NCBI GenBank assembly: GCA_964516155.1
Contig: CAZEWU010000002.1
Coordinates: 1-24,442, forward strand
Direction of reading: 5' to 3'
DNA length: 24,442 nucleotides
From: an uncultured Caldisericota bacterium
GTDB lineage: Bacteria; Caldisericota; Caldisericia; Cryosericales; Cryosericaceae
In this document: in pieces, positions 17,105 through 24,261 of the stretch
Numbering within the stretch: position 1 is the first letter of the stretch
Layout of the letters: every line of letters starts with the position of its first letter
Notes under the pieces: generated by a model
What the model was told of the DNA's origin: nothing
Databases searched by the model: none
The model's input: only the letters and a program-made list of their open reading frames with translations
Made by a program: the position numbers and the translations under genes

Positions 17105-17158
17105 TGCCTCTTTTCCATTTCTTTCCATATCCATAACGCGACAGGAGAGAATTCACTG
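17105..17158 (-). repeat. copy A of the ~55-bp direct repeat, about 70-120 nt upstream of the LOR gene start
   Basis: See copy B. Confidence 0.5.
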
Positions 17159-17356
17159 AAACTCTTTCCTTGCACTGACATGACGAAGTACCTGTCAAAC
17201 GCCTGAAGCCAAGTCAGCGAATCACAGAGACAGCGCCCTCCCTGGTTCGCTGCCCACGCCGGTTGCTGTTAAGCTGCATCGTCATCATCTGATTGCAGGA
17301 CGGCCCCCGTTACCAGCGCGCTATCTCTGTGGGCGATACCGGAGACAAGATTCAGA

Positions 17357-17387
17357 AAGGCCGTGACGAAAAAACAGTCACGGCCTT
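17357..17387 (-). terminator. putative terminator hairpin (11-bp stem AAGGCCGTGAC / GTCACGGCCTT, 9-nt loop) about 65 nt downstream of dfx; the trailing U-tract is weak
   Basis: Perfect stem read from the sequence. On the minus strand it is followed by TCTGAATCTTG. Confidence 0.4.
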
Positions 17388-17451
17388 CTGCCGACGATCT
17401 GCCAGGGAGAAGAATGTTATATCTTCATCCTCCTCGTTACCCAGTCGTTAT

Positions 17452-17826
17452 CTAAAAGTCAGCCTTCCAGAGGCCATGGATATTGCAGTAAGCGTACACG
17501 GTGCCGGAAACGGCCTCGGCAAATTCTGCTCCGGGTTCCATACCGGGCGTCAGGAATACGATGTCAACCTTGTTGCCGGTCACAAGAGCGATCCACTCGA
17601 TATGATGCTCCGGCAGCATGGGGTGCGGCGTCGATCCAACCACGACCTTGATCTTGCCATTCTCTCTGGTGATGACCGGGACGTGTTTTTCCCGTGAGGC
17701 ATCGGTCGAATTCGCCTTAAGCTCCGTCATCGCCTGACCGCAGCAGGTCAGCGTTCCGCCGCCCTTTTTGAGCAGGGCCACCATATTGCCGCACTTCTCA
17801 CAACGATAAAAAGCGATATCAGACAT
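17452..17826 (-). CDS. dfx: desulfoferrodoxin (2Fe superoxide reductase, Dfx)
   Basis: N-terminal desulforedoxin domain 'YRCEKCGNMV...LTCCG' and a C-terminal neelaredoxin domain with 'HHIEWI' and 'CNIHGLW'. AGGAGG lies 8 nt upstream of ATG 17826 ('MSDIAFY...'). Confidence 0.9.
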   Translation of the reverse strand: MSDIAFYRCEKCGNMVALLKKGGGTLTCCGQAMTELKANSTDASREKHVPVITRENGKIKVVVGSTPHPMLPEHHIEWIALVTGNKVDIVFLTPGMEPGAEFAEAVSGTVYAYCNIHGLWKADF

Positions 17827-17893
17827 CTTTGTACCTCCTCTGTCAAAAATCATCAAACATCAGTATAACCAGCGTTACGCGACATCATGATCT

Positions 17894-18709
17894 TCATGCA
17901 AAGACAACAATGGCCTGTCTGCGTTTGATGCGGAGCAGAACAGTCTCAAGCACACGCAGACTATAGTTCAGATTTTTCTGTTCCAGGTAGGCGGTTGTGA
18001 TGTCCTGTCCGATCACCAGGTCCATATTTCTCGAATCGGAACAGACAAGGACGGCCTTTCCCTTGCCCAGCACCGGCGTCCTGAAAACATGTCCGTCCAG
18101 CAGCTTGTTCACCCGGTCGATCTCCAGCAGACCGGTTCCCTGCTGTATCCGCTGCATCTGCATATACAGGTCCGGACTGACGGAAAGAGCATACGTCCCG
18201 TAAATGCTTTTCCCCGCCAGCAGTTCGATCGCAGAAGCGATATCGGTGAAGGCATTCTCCCCGGATGCCCAATCTTTTCTGGTGATCTTGCCGGTCCCGG
18301 ACGCCGTCAACAGACCTTCATAGCCGAGTCTCGCGTTTCCCGAATAGATCAGCTTGTCTTCGTTGAGCGCGCATGTTTCCGCCGAAGCCATCACTTTTGA
18401 AAGGTCCACAGGATACCCTGACTGTCTGCTGTTTTCAAGGTCCCGTGCCAGCAGCGTAACATCATCGTAAATGATCGGTATCTCTGCAAGCTTCCGGCCT
18501 CTGGTCGTGATGACGCCGTCTTTTGCAGCCTCGTCAACAGCATCGCTGTCATCGATCTGGACGCTTTCCACTCCGACGCCCAGCGGCCCGAAAATGTGCA
18601 GAAAACGCCGGCCGGACAGGACATTGCGAGCCGTCTCCGTCACAGCGGAATCGATCTGTCTCCACAGCTCCGCAGGTATTGAAGAGGATTCTCTGGATAA
18701 ATAACTCAT
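17894..18709 (-). CDS. family 1 encapsulin nanocompartment shell protein (HK97 fold, Linocin_M18/CFP29 family)
   Basis: The 271-aa protein aligns end-to-end by eye with T. maritima encapsulin: N-terminal 'ELWRQIDSAVTETARNVLSGRRFL..FGPLG', C-terminal 'LVIGQDITTAYLEQKNLNYSLRVLETVLLRI' versus '[31 protein letters not shown]'. RBS GGTGGAGG precedes the start. Confidence 0.85.
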   Translation of the reverse strand: MSYLSRESSSIPAELWRQIDSAVTETARNVLSGRRFLHIFGPLGVGVESVQIDDSDAVDEAAKDGVITTRGRKLAEIPIIYDDVTLLARDLENSRQSGYPVDLSKVMASAETCALNEDKLIYSGNARLGYEGLLTASGTGKITRKDWASGENAFTDIASAIELLAGKSIYGTYALSVSPDLYMQMQRIQQGTGLLEIDRVNKLLDGHVFRTPVLGKGKAVLVCSDSRNMDLVIGQDITTAYLEQKNLNYSLRVLETVLLRIKRRQAIVVFA

Positions 18710-18727
18710 ATCTGTGCCTCCACCAGA

Positions 18728-19108
18728 CTACGCTTCTTTATCGCTGATCATACTGCCCACAGTCTCCGGGCCGGCAACATCCGATTTCTGCTCCGCCGGA
18801 GGTTCCGTTCCTCCCGGCTCGTTAAGCATGGTCCTGACTTCCTCTTCACCGGAAGCAAACAGTTCGGCTTCTCTGGGGTCCAGTGCGGTAAGCAGGGTCA
18901 TCAATTCCCCGACGTGGGCCTTTTCTTCGTCACGGATATCAGCAAGGACCTTTTTTGCCATTTCATTGTCCGTGGCCTGAACATGTGCGTCATAGAGGTA
19001 GATAGCTTCCAGTTCACCCGCGATATCCAGACGGACCGCCTGGATCAGTTCCTTCTTCGTCAACTGTCGGTTGACATTGCCTTGGAAAGGATTTGCAAAA
19101 GCTGGCAT
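18728..19108 (-). CDS. encapsulated ferritin-like protein (EncFtn/Flp) cargo with a C-terminal targeting-peptide-like tail
   Basis: Di-iron ligand pattern 'GELEAIYLY ... DEEKAHVGEL' (E...ExxH). A Gly/Pro/Glu-rich linker is followed by a C-terminal 'ETVGSMISDKEA' resembling the TVGSLI-type encapsulin cargo-loading peptide. AGGAGG precedes the start, and the gene lies 18 nt upstream of the encapsulin gene. Confidence 0.8.
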   Translation of the reverse strand: MPAFANPFQGNVNRQLTKKELIQAVRLDIAGELEAIYLYDAHVQATDNEMAKKVLADIRDEEKAHVGELMTLLTALDPREAELFASGEEEVRTMLNEPGGTEPPAEQKSDVAGPETVGSMISDKEA

Positions 19109-19313
19109 CTCTTCAACCTCCTTTTACTGCTCTTGATAAAGAGACTATTTCCAGAATGTCTCTCGCCTCTCAATGAGAGCCGGCTCTGTTCTTCAGACCG
19201 CCGTCACACTCATCGATACGCTGTCAGCAAGCGGTGACAGAAATTCGTGGAGGAAGTGTCCACGCAATGTTCCATGGACCTCCAGATTATGTTTCAACTC
19301 CTTATCTATATGT

Positions 19314-19342
19314 ATTTTACATTATTCATACATTTAAATCAA
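19314..19342 (-). promoter_or_regulatory. sigma-70-type promoter for the EncFtn-encapsulin-dfx operon: -35 TTGATT, 17-nt spacer, -10 TAAAAT (minus strand)
   Basis: Near-consensus hexamers with ideal spacing. The predicted transcription start gives a ~200-nt leader, which contains an ATGTAT-N12-ATACAT inverted repeat across the -10 and two more inverted repeats downstream. Confidence 0.55.
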
Positions 19343-19396
19343 CACTGAAACCGCACTTTTCCGGAAGCGACGGACATCAGTCCGGGGTTTCCCGGA

Positions 19397-19615
19397 TTAC
19401 TTCTCTTTCTCATACGCCAGGAGATCGCCCGGCTGGCAGTCCAGCGCCCTGCAGATCTTCTCCAGCGTCTCTAACCGTATGGCGCGCGCCTTCCCGTTCT
19501 TGAGGATGGAGATGTTCGCCATGGTGATCCCCACTTTCTCCGACAGTTCGGTAACACTCATCTTTCGTTTTGCCATCATGACATCCAGCGTCACATTGAT
19601 CGCCACAGGGATCAC
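19397..19615 (-). CDS. XRE/Cro-C1-family HTH transcriptional regulator, YozG-like
   Basis: 'DVMMAKRKMSVTELSEKVGITMANISILKNGKARAIRLETLEKICRALDCQPGDLLAYE' is the stereotyped YozG-type sequence. GTG start 19615 overlaps the stop of the upstream DUF2975 gene (translational coupling). Confidence 0.85.
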   Translation of the reverse strand: MIPVAINVTLDVMMAKRKMSVTELSEKVGITMANISILKNGKARAIRLETLEKICRALDCQPGDLLAYEKEK

Positions 19616-19616
19616 C

Positions 19617-20096
19617 TCAGATCGTCAGATCGTTGTCTGTTTTCAACGCATATCCCTTCTCCACCCAATGCGACAGCACCGCTGCAACGAGGGAGACCCC
19701 CAGTCCTCCGACCTCGAGGAAAAAGCAGGCGATCAGAAGCCCGGGGTGCAGCCTGTTGGAAAAGAAGAAGACGTTACTCACCACAAAGCACAGCACCGTG
19801 TCGGACAGCGCAAGCCAGCTGATAGACTGCAGGGACCGCGAGACAGGACGGGAGAACGAGCGGTCCCTGCCGATCTCGCAGCAGATCTTCCAGAGATTCC
19901 CCAGGGCCAGGTAACAGGGAACCGCGGCAATCCAGATCCAGATCACATAGGACCGGAACAGGTAAGCAAGGTCAGGAAAAGACCGTCCGAAATCCCTGCC
20001 CATGCCGGGGATGATATAAAAGAAGAAAGCGGTTGCCAGCGCCGTTACCAGAACTGTGATGCATTTCAGCCATCGCGCCAGTTGCGACTGTTTCAT
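19617..20096 (-). CDS. DUF2975-family small membrane protein (partner of YozG-like regulators)
   Basis: A ~160-aa protein with 4 hydrophobic segments, immediately upstream of and coupled to the YozG-like gene, as in the widespread DUF2975-HTH pairs. AAGGAGGTG precedes ATG 20096. Confidence 0.65.
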   Translation of the reverse strand: MKQSQLARWLKCITVLVTALATAFFFYIIPGMGRDFGRSFPDLAYLFRSYVIWIWIAAVPCYLALGNLWKICCEIGRDRSFSRPVSRSLQSISWLALSDTVLCFVVSNVFFFSNRLHPGLLIACFFLEVGGLGVSLVAAVLSHWVEKGYALKTDNDLTI

Positions 20097-20403
20097 AGAG
20101 CACACCTCCTTGTGGGTCGTGTGTTCTCACTATATCGGTATATTATCGTTTTTCAATATGTATTTATTGTATGTCGATATTCCAGCAGTGCCTCAGCCTC
20201 TGTCGCACATGTATTCCAAAGACCACTGTCAGAGCAGAGAGATCATCTGATGCGGGATGTGTCCAGTCGGAAGGGTATGGACACCCCTCATCTCTCAGGC
20301 GAGAGTGCGACCGGGGACGACCCTGCGTCAACATTCGACATCTGCACCCGCCGGCATCTGCCGATTGCTCTCATCAGGAACCTTCTATGAAAAGAGGCCG
20401 TAC

Positions 20404-20434
20404 CCAGGATCGGATACAGCCCCATAAAATCTTG
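20404..20434 (-). repeat. degenerate copy of the hairpin element found at 21515..21541 (GAGGCCGTACCCAGG-atc-GGATACAGCCCC), located 25 nt downstream of the rpe-family gene
   Basis: Shared flank and arm sequences with the perfect copy (aaag-GGCyGTACCC...TACAGCCC), by manual alignment. Confidence 0.4.
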
Positions 20435-20458
20435 AAAGGTCAAGCTTCTTCAAAAACG

Positions 20459-21130
20459 CTAGGCCAGGTATTCCCTCAATTCCCTGCAGTTCTCCGCATA
20501 GGTGTGACCGGGACGGAACGCCGTCTTGGTCCCCAGCACCAGGATGTCGGCTCCCTGTTTGACGACCTGACGTGCATCATTAAACGTAAGGCTCCCGTCC
20601 ACCTCTATCGAGACATCCTGTCTTCCATGCTCGTCCAGCATCTTGCGTGTTCTGGCGATCTTGTCCAGGATCTGACTGTCAAGTTCCGGTTCCGGTACAG
20701 TGAAATTGCGTATCATCAGATTTACCATGTCGACATACGGGATCAACTCCTCCAGCACACTGAGGGGAGTGCCTGGATTCAACGTCACTGCCGGCCTGCC
20801 ACCAGCGTTCCGCACCCTTTTGAGAAGAGATGTGATCTGCATGGTCGTCTCTATCTGGATATCGATGCAGGAATTCTTGCAGTATGGCAAGAAAGCATCC
20901 AGGAGATGAGCAGGCCTTCCGACTGAAATATGAATGTCCAGCGGAATAGCCGTAGCCGCGCAGATGGCGGGAATCAGTTTCGGCGACATCAGGATTGTCT
21001 CGCCATAACTTGTATCCAGGATATCGATATGAAGCAGGTCAACCTTCGCTTCTTCCAGCTTCCCGAGCTCGGATCCCAACGCCAGCCAGTCTGCGCGTTC
21101 AATAGAAGGAGCTAGTCTGATCTTAAGCAT
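20459..21130 (-). CDS. ribulose-phosphate 3-epimerase family protein (Rpe / allulose-6-phosphate 3-epimerase-like TIM barrel)
   Basis: 'MLKIRLAPSIERADWLALGSELGKLEEAKVDLLHIDILD' matches the Rpe N-terminus, with His/Asp metal-ligand spacing. The track ORF begins 51 codons upstream and out of context. Confidence 0.8.
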   Translation of the reverse strand: MLKIRLAPSIERADWLALGSELGKLEEAKVDLLHIDILDTSYGETILMSPKLIPAICAATAIPLDIHISVGRPAHLLDAFLPYCKNSCIDIQIETTMQITSLLKRVRNAGGRPAVTLNPGTPLSVLEELIPYVDMVNLMIRNFTVPEPELDSQILDKIARTRKMLDEHGRQDVSIEVDGSLTFNDARQVVKQGADILVLGTKTAFRPGHTYAENCRELREYLA

Positions 21131-21149
21131 ATTCTCTTCACCATCCCCG

Positions 21150-21366
21150 CTAGTGCAGGTATGCACGCAGCGCGTTGCAGCGTTCCACGACGGAAACACC
21201 AGGCTGATAGATGCTTTTTGTCCCCAGGACAAACACGCTGGCACCCGCCTCTTGCGTGCGGCGAGCCACGTCAAACGAAACACCGCCGTCTACTTCGATC
21301 GGAACATCCTGCCTTCCGTGCTCATCCAGCATCTTCCGTGCCCGTGCCACCTTGGTCAGCAGCTGG
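21150..21366 (-). pseudogene. truncated paralog remnant: C-terminal ~70 codons of a second rpe-family gene, with its own stop, directly upstream of the intact copy
   Basis: The encoded 'SQLLTKVARARKMLDEHGRQDVPIEVDGGVSF...VLGTK' is about 65% identical to 'SQILDKIARTRKMLDEHGRQDVSIEVDGSLTF...VLGTK' of the intact gene. DNA similarity ends abruptly at about 21366, in a TATAAT that carries an in-frame TAA. Confidence 0.6.
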
Positions 21367-21508
21367 GATTATACCACAGTTGCAGACACTCACGCAGCAT
21401 CATGCAGATTTCCCGTGGGGGTTCTCCCGGGTCATTGAGCAAGATCCCCGCCCTGCTTCCGGGCATTCTGCTCCCGGAAACGGATTTTCTGCCGGAACCT
21501 CCCACAGG

Positions 21509-21541
21509 GAAAAAGGGCTGTACCCGCTCCGGGTACAGCCC
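21509..21541 (-). terminator. rho-independent terminator of the blaR1-like gene (12-bp perfect stem GGGCTGTACCCG/CGGGTACAGCCC, 3-nt loop, followed by TTTTT on the minus strand)
   Basis: Read directly from the sequence. It lies 20 nt downstream of the TAA stop at 21562. Confidence 0.7.
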
Positions 21542-21561
21542 TCCCTGCGTTCGTTCCTGAT

Positions 21562-24258
21562 TTACCGTCCGGTATTGACGGCGGCCGGTGCAGCGGCGGG
21601 ATCGGAGAAGCTGCCGATGCGAAGAACTCCGTTCTCCTCAAGGAAGGACAGGGTCTGATCGTAACGGCCGGCCGGACCATCGGAGGTAGCATATGTATAG
21701 GTCACGACCGCATTATCCCCGTCCAGACGGACTTCGTAACGCTGGACCCATGGGCTTGACTGTCCCGTTACCCAGTGTTCTTCTCTGTAGGAAGCATACA
21801 CTGCTGCCTGAAGTTGCGTGCTGAGCAGATCGTACTGCGCCTTTCCGTTGCGTGTCCTGACCGCTTCAGCCCACTGTGCAGCGAGAGCCTTCCGCCGTGC
21901 CTGCGCAGTCGTACCGACGCCGCTTCCGGTCGGATGCCGGAACGCGGAGGGGTAAGTCGCAATGTCGGGAAGAAAAGCTTCATCATAAACACCGCTGTCC
22001 ATCCCGTTCCCGACCGCCAGGACGGAACTGCCGTCATATTGCAGCGTGACATAATGATTCAGGCCCTGCGGCGTCTGATAGTTGATGTTGATCACATGAT
22101 TTGCGCGGTAGATGATACCCGTCAACGTACTGCCGTCAGCAGTGATCTTGCTCAGGACACTGTCGGCGCCCTTGAATTCAAGGAGCTGCTCCCTCGTGAT
22201 CATGATGCCGCCGTATTCGCGGAAACCGTTATCCCAGTACAGCCAGTACGGTTTCACGGTGCGACCGGTCCCATCTGAAACGGCATCGAACGTATTCTGC
22301 TGGACCGTGAACGTGCCGTCATCCAGCTGCTCCAGGTCCTGGACCCTGCCGGAAAGAAGGGTCGCGTATGCTCTGCTGTTCTTGACACCAAAGACCAGCG
22401 TCGTGCCGCCCGTTGTATAGACTTCTTCGATCTTGAAGAACTCACTGTTGCCGGCATAAAAAACAGGCTTCGGCGAAAGAGAGAAGACATCCGTCGTTTT
22501 CAGGCTTGTCAGTCCCTTCTTCGAGACGAACCACAATTCGCCGGTGTAGAAATCTTCGCTCTCATCCACCTTCTTCCCGACCAGAGCGAACGCTTCATAG
22601 CTGCCGTCGCCGTCATAATCGTCAAGATCAAAGCTGATGATCCTCTCGCCCGTTTTCAGGGGAAGCTGCCGTGACAGCCGATCCTTCGCTTCCGCTTCGG
22701 CCTGTCTTTCTGCCGCCGGTCTGAACACGTCATACGCCTGGAAACTGTGGTCCTGCGTATTCTCCACGATCAGCTTCAGGTCCCCTACAACGTCGTCGGC
22801 GTCCCACAGATAAGCGTAGGTCTTTTCATCGATCTGCCCATACGTGGCACTCGGCGCGCCCTCTCCCTCCTGCATCAGATTGATGTCCGCCGCCTTGTCG
22901 GCGATGTCGCCCGGAACATACGGATCGGCGATCTTCTGCGCTTTCACCGTAGACAACCTGTCTGCATCGATGTCGTACCGGTACATGACGTCGTCGGCAC
23001 CCTCGCCCAGGTTATCGATATAAACTGTCTTGCCATCCTTCGTGACGGTCACCTGCGTATACGTCGACCCCTGGATGTGGGCGCTGTCGATCTTCTGAAG
23101 GTCGATGCTCCGGTACAGCTGCCCATGCCCGGCTGTGTCGTAGACAAACAGCCCGAAGTAACCGTGGAAGATGACACGCGTCCCGGAGGCATAATCGATG
23201 TCCGGCTCCGCCACGCCCGTATTCATTGTCCTGAATCTGGACGTATCGACCGCACCGGCCGCTCTGTCGTACGTTATGGCGGTTCCCAGGATGCCGGCGA
23301 TCACGATAACGGCGCACAGGGCAAGCGCCCCTCTGCGTTTTCTGCTCATGTCAAAAATGTTCACCAGCCGTTCCCTCATTACTTTCTTCCCCCCATCAAA
23401 ATACGTCGAAAACACCGTCCGGCGTCCTCTTCCCTTGCGGACCGCCGTCAGGATCGCCTCGCTGTACTGTCTCCGGAACAGAACATCTGCGTTCCGGGTC
23501 ACTGAGGAGTCGCAGGACATCTCAAGGTCCCGGTCCGATGCCGCCGCCATGAAGCAGACAAGCGGGTTGAACCAGTGCACGGCGTTGGCACAGACCATCA
23601 GCAGCTTGTACCAGATGTCTCCGCATTTGACATGCACGAGCTCATGCTTCAGGACCATCGCAAGATCACCGTCCCGGAAGTCCAGGTCCGGCAGCAGCAG
23701 GACGGGCCGGAAGAAACCCGTCGTCATGGGGCTCTGCACCTTTTTGCAGGACAGCAGCCGGACAGGACGAACGACATGCATCTCCCCGCGCACAGCATTC
23801 CAGATCGCCAGGATCCTTTCATCCTCTACGGGCCGGGAAAAACGCCGCACCACCCTCCGGAAAAGGAGGTACCCTGTGAAATGGTACAGCAGGAACGCCA
23901 CCGCGCCCAGGATCCACACAAGAGAGAGGACCGTCATAAGCGGTATCGCTGTCCGTGTCGGGGGAACAGCTGTCGCCGGAGAACTTGCCGGACTTCCCGT
24001 CTGCAAAGGAAGCGTCGTTTTCCGGGCCGGGGCGGTCACCGTTATCTGCCGTGCCGGCGCTGCAAGCCGGATCGGCGCCTGCGGCAGAGACGGGTTCCAC
24101 GGGATCAGCAACCGTACCGCCACCAGAAGCCAGACCCAGGAACGCCACCGTGCCGTGTAACGTCGGCGCAGCAACGGCAGCAGAAGCAACAGCACGGCAA
24201 TGACAGCCGACATGATCAGGGTGACTTCGATAACGTTGCTGAAGATGCGCTGCAGCAT
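21562..24258 (-). CDS. BlaR1/MecR1-family M56 zinc-metalloprotease signal transducer with a large (~570 aa) C-terminal extracytoplasmic domain of unknown type
   Basis: N-terminal polytopic region with 'HELVHVKCGDIWYKLL' (HExxH) and the downstream 'VHWFNPLV' typical of peptidase M56. There is a further TM segment at about aa 313-335. The remaining domain lacks the SxxK/STFK motif of PBP-like sensors. Confidence 0.8.
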   Translation of the reverse strand: MLQRIFSNVIEVTLIMSAVIAVLLLLLPLLRRRYTARWRSWVWLLVAVRLLIPWNPSLPQAPIRLAAPARQITVTAPARKTTLPLQTGSPASSPATAVPPTRTAIPLMTVLSLVWILGAVAFLLYHFTGYLLFRRVVRRFSRPVEDERILAIWNAVRGEMHVVRPVRLLSCKKVQSPMTTGFFRPVLLLPDLDFRDGDLAMVLKHELVHVKCGDIWYKLLMVCANAVHWFNPLVCFMAAASDRDLEMSCDSSVTRNADVLFRRQYSEAILTAVRKGRGRRTVFSTYFDGGKKVMRERLVNIFDMSRKRRGALALCAVIVIAGILGTAITYDRAAGAVDTSRFRTMNTGVAEPDIDYASGTRVIFHGYFGLFVYDTAGHGQLYRSIDLQKIDSAHIQGSTYTQVTVTKDGKTVYIDNLGEGADDVMYRYDIDADRLSTVKAQKIADPYVPGDIADKAADINLMQEGEGAPSATYGQIDEKTYAYLWDADDVVGDLKLIVENTQDHSFQAYDVFRPAAERQAEAEAKDRLSRQLPLKTGERIISFDLDDYDGDGSYEAFALVGKKVDESEDFYTGELWFVSKKGLTSLKTTDVFSLSPKPVFYAGNSEFFKIEEVYTTGGTTLVFGVKNSRAYATLLSGRVQDLEQLDDGTFTVQQNTFDAVSDGTGRTVKPYWLYWDNGFREYGGIMITREQLLEFKGADSVLSKITADGSTLTGIIYRANHVININYQTPQGLNHYVTLQYDGSSVLAVGNGMDSGVYDEAFLPDIATYPSAFRHPTGSGVGTTAQARRKALAAQWAEAVRTRNGKAQYDLLSTQLQAAVYASYREEHWVTGQSSPWVQRYEVRLDGDNAVVTYTYATSDGPAGRYDQTLSFLEENGVLRIGSFSDPAAAPAAVNTGR

Positions 24259-24261
24259 ACG

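Noticed and set aside
17826-17856. 10-codon N-terminal extension of dfx (start at the track's first ATG), as a possible N-terminal encapsulin-targeting sequence
   Set aside because: The canonical desulforedoxin domain begins at MSDIAFYRCEKCG (ATG 17826) with a well-placed AGGAGG. The extension has no resemblance to known targeting peptides.
22747-24160. Plus-strand ORFs of 252 and 320 aa (22747..23505 and 23198..24160)
   Set aside because: Both are antisense to the BlaR1-like gene, with Ser/Arg/Pro-rich composition and no SD. They are artefacts of GC-rich sequence.
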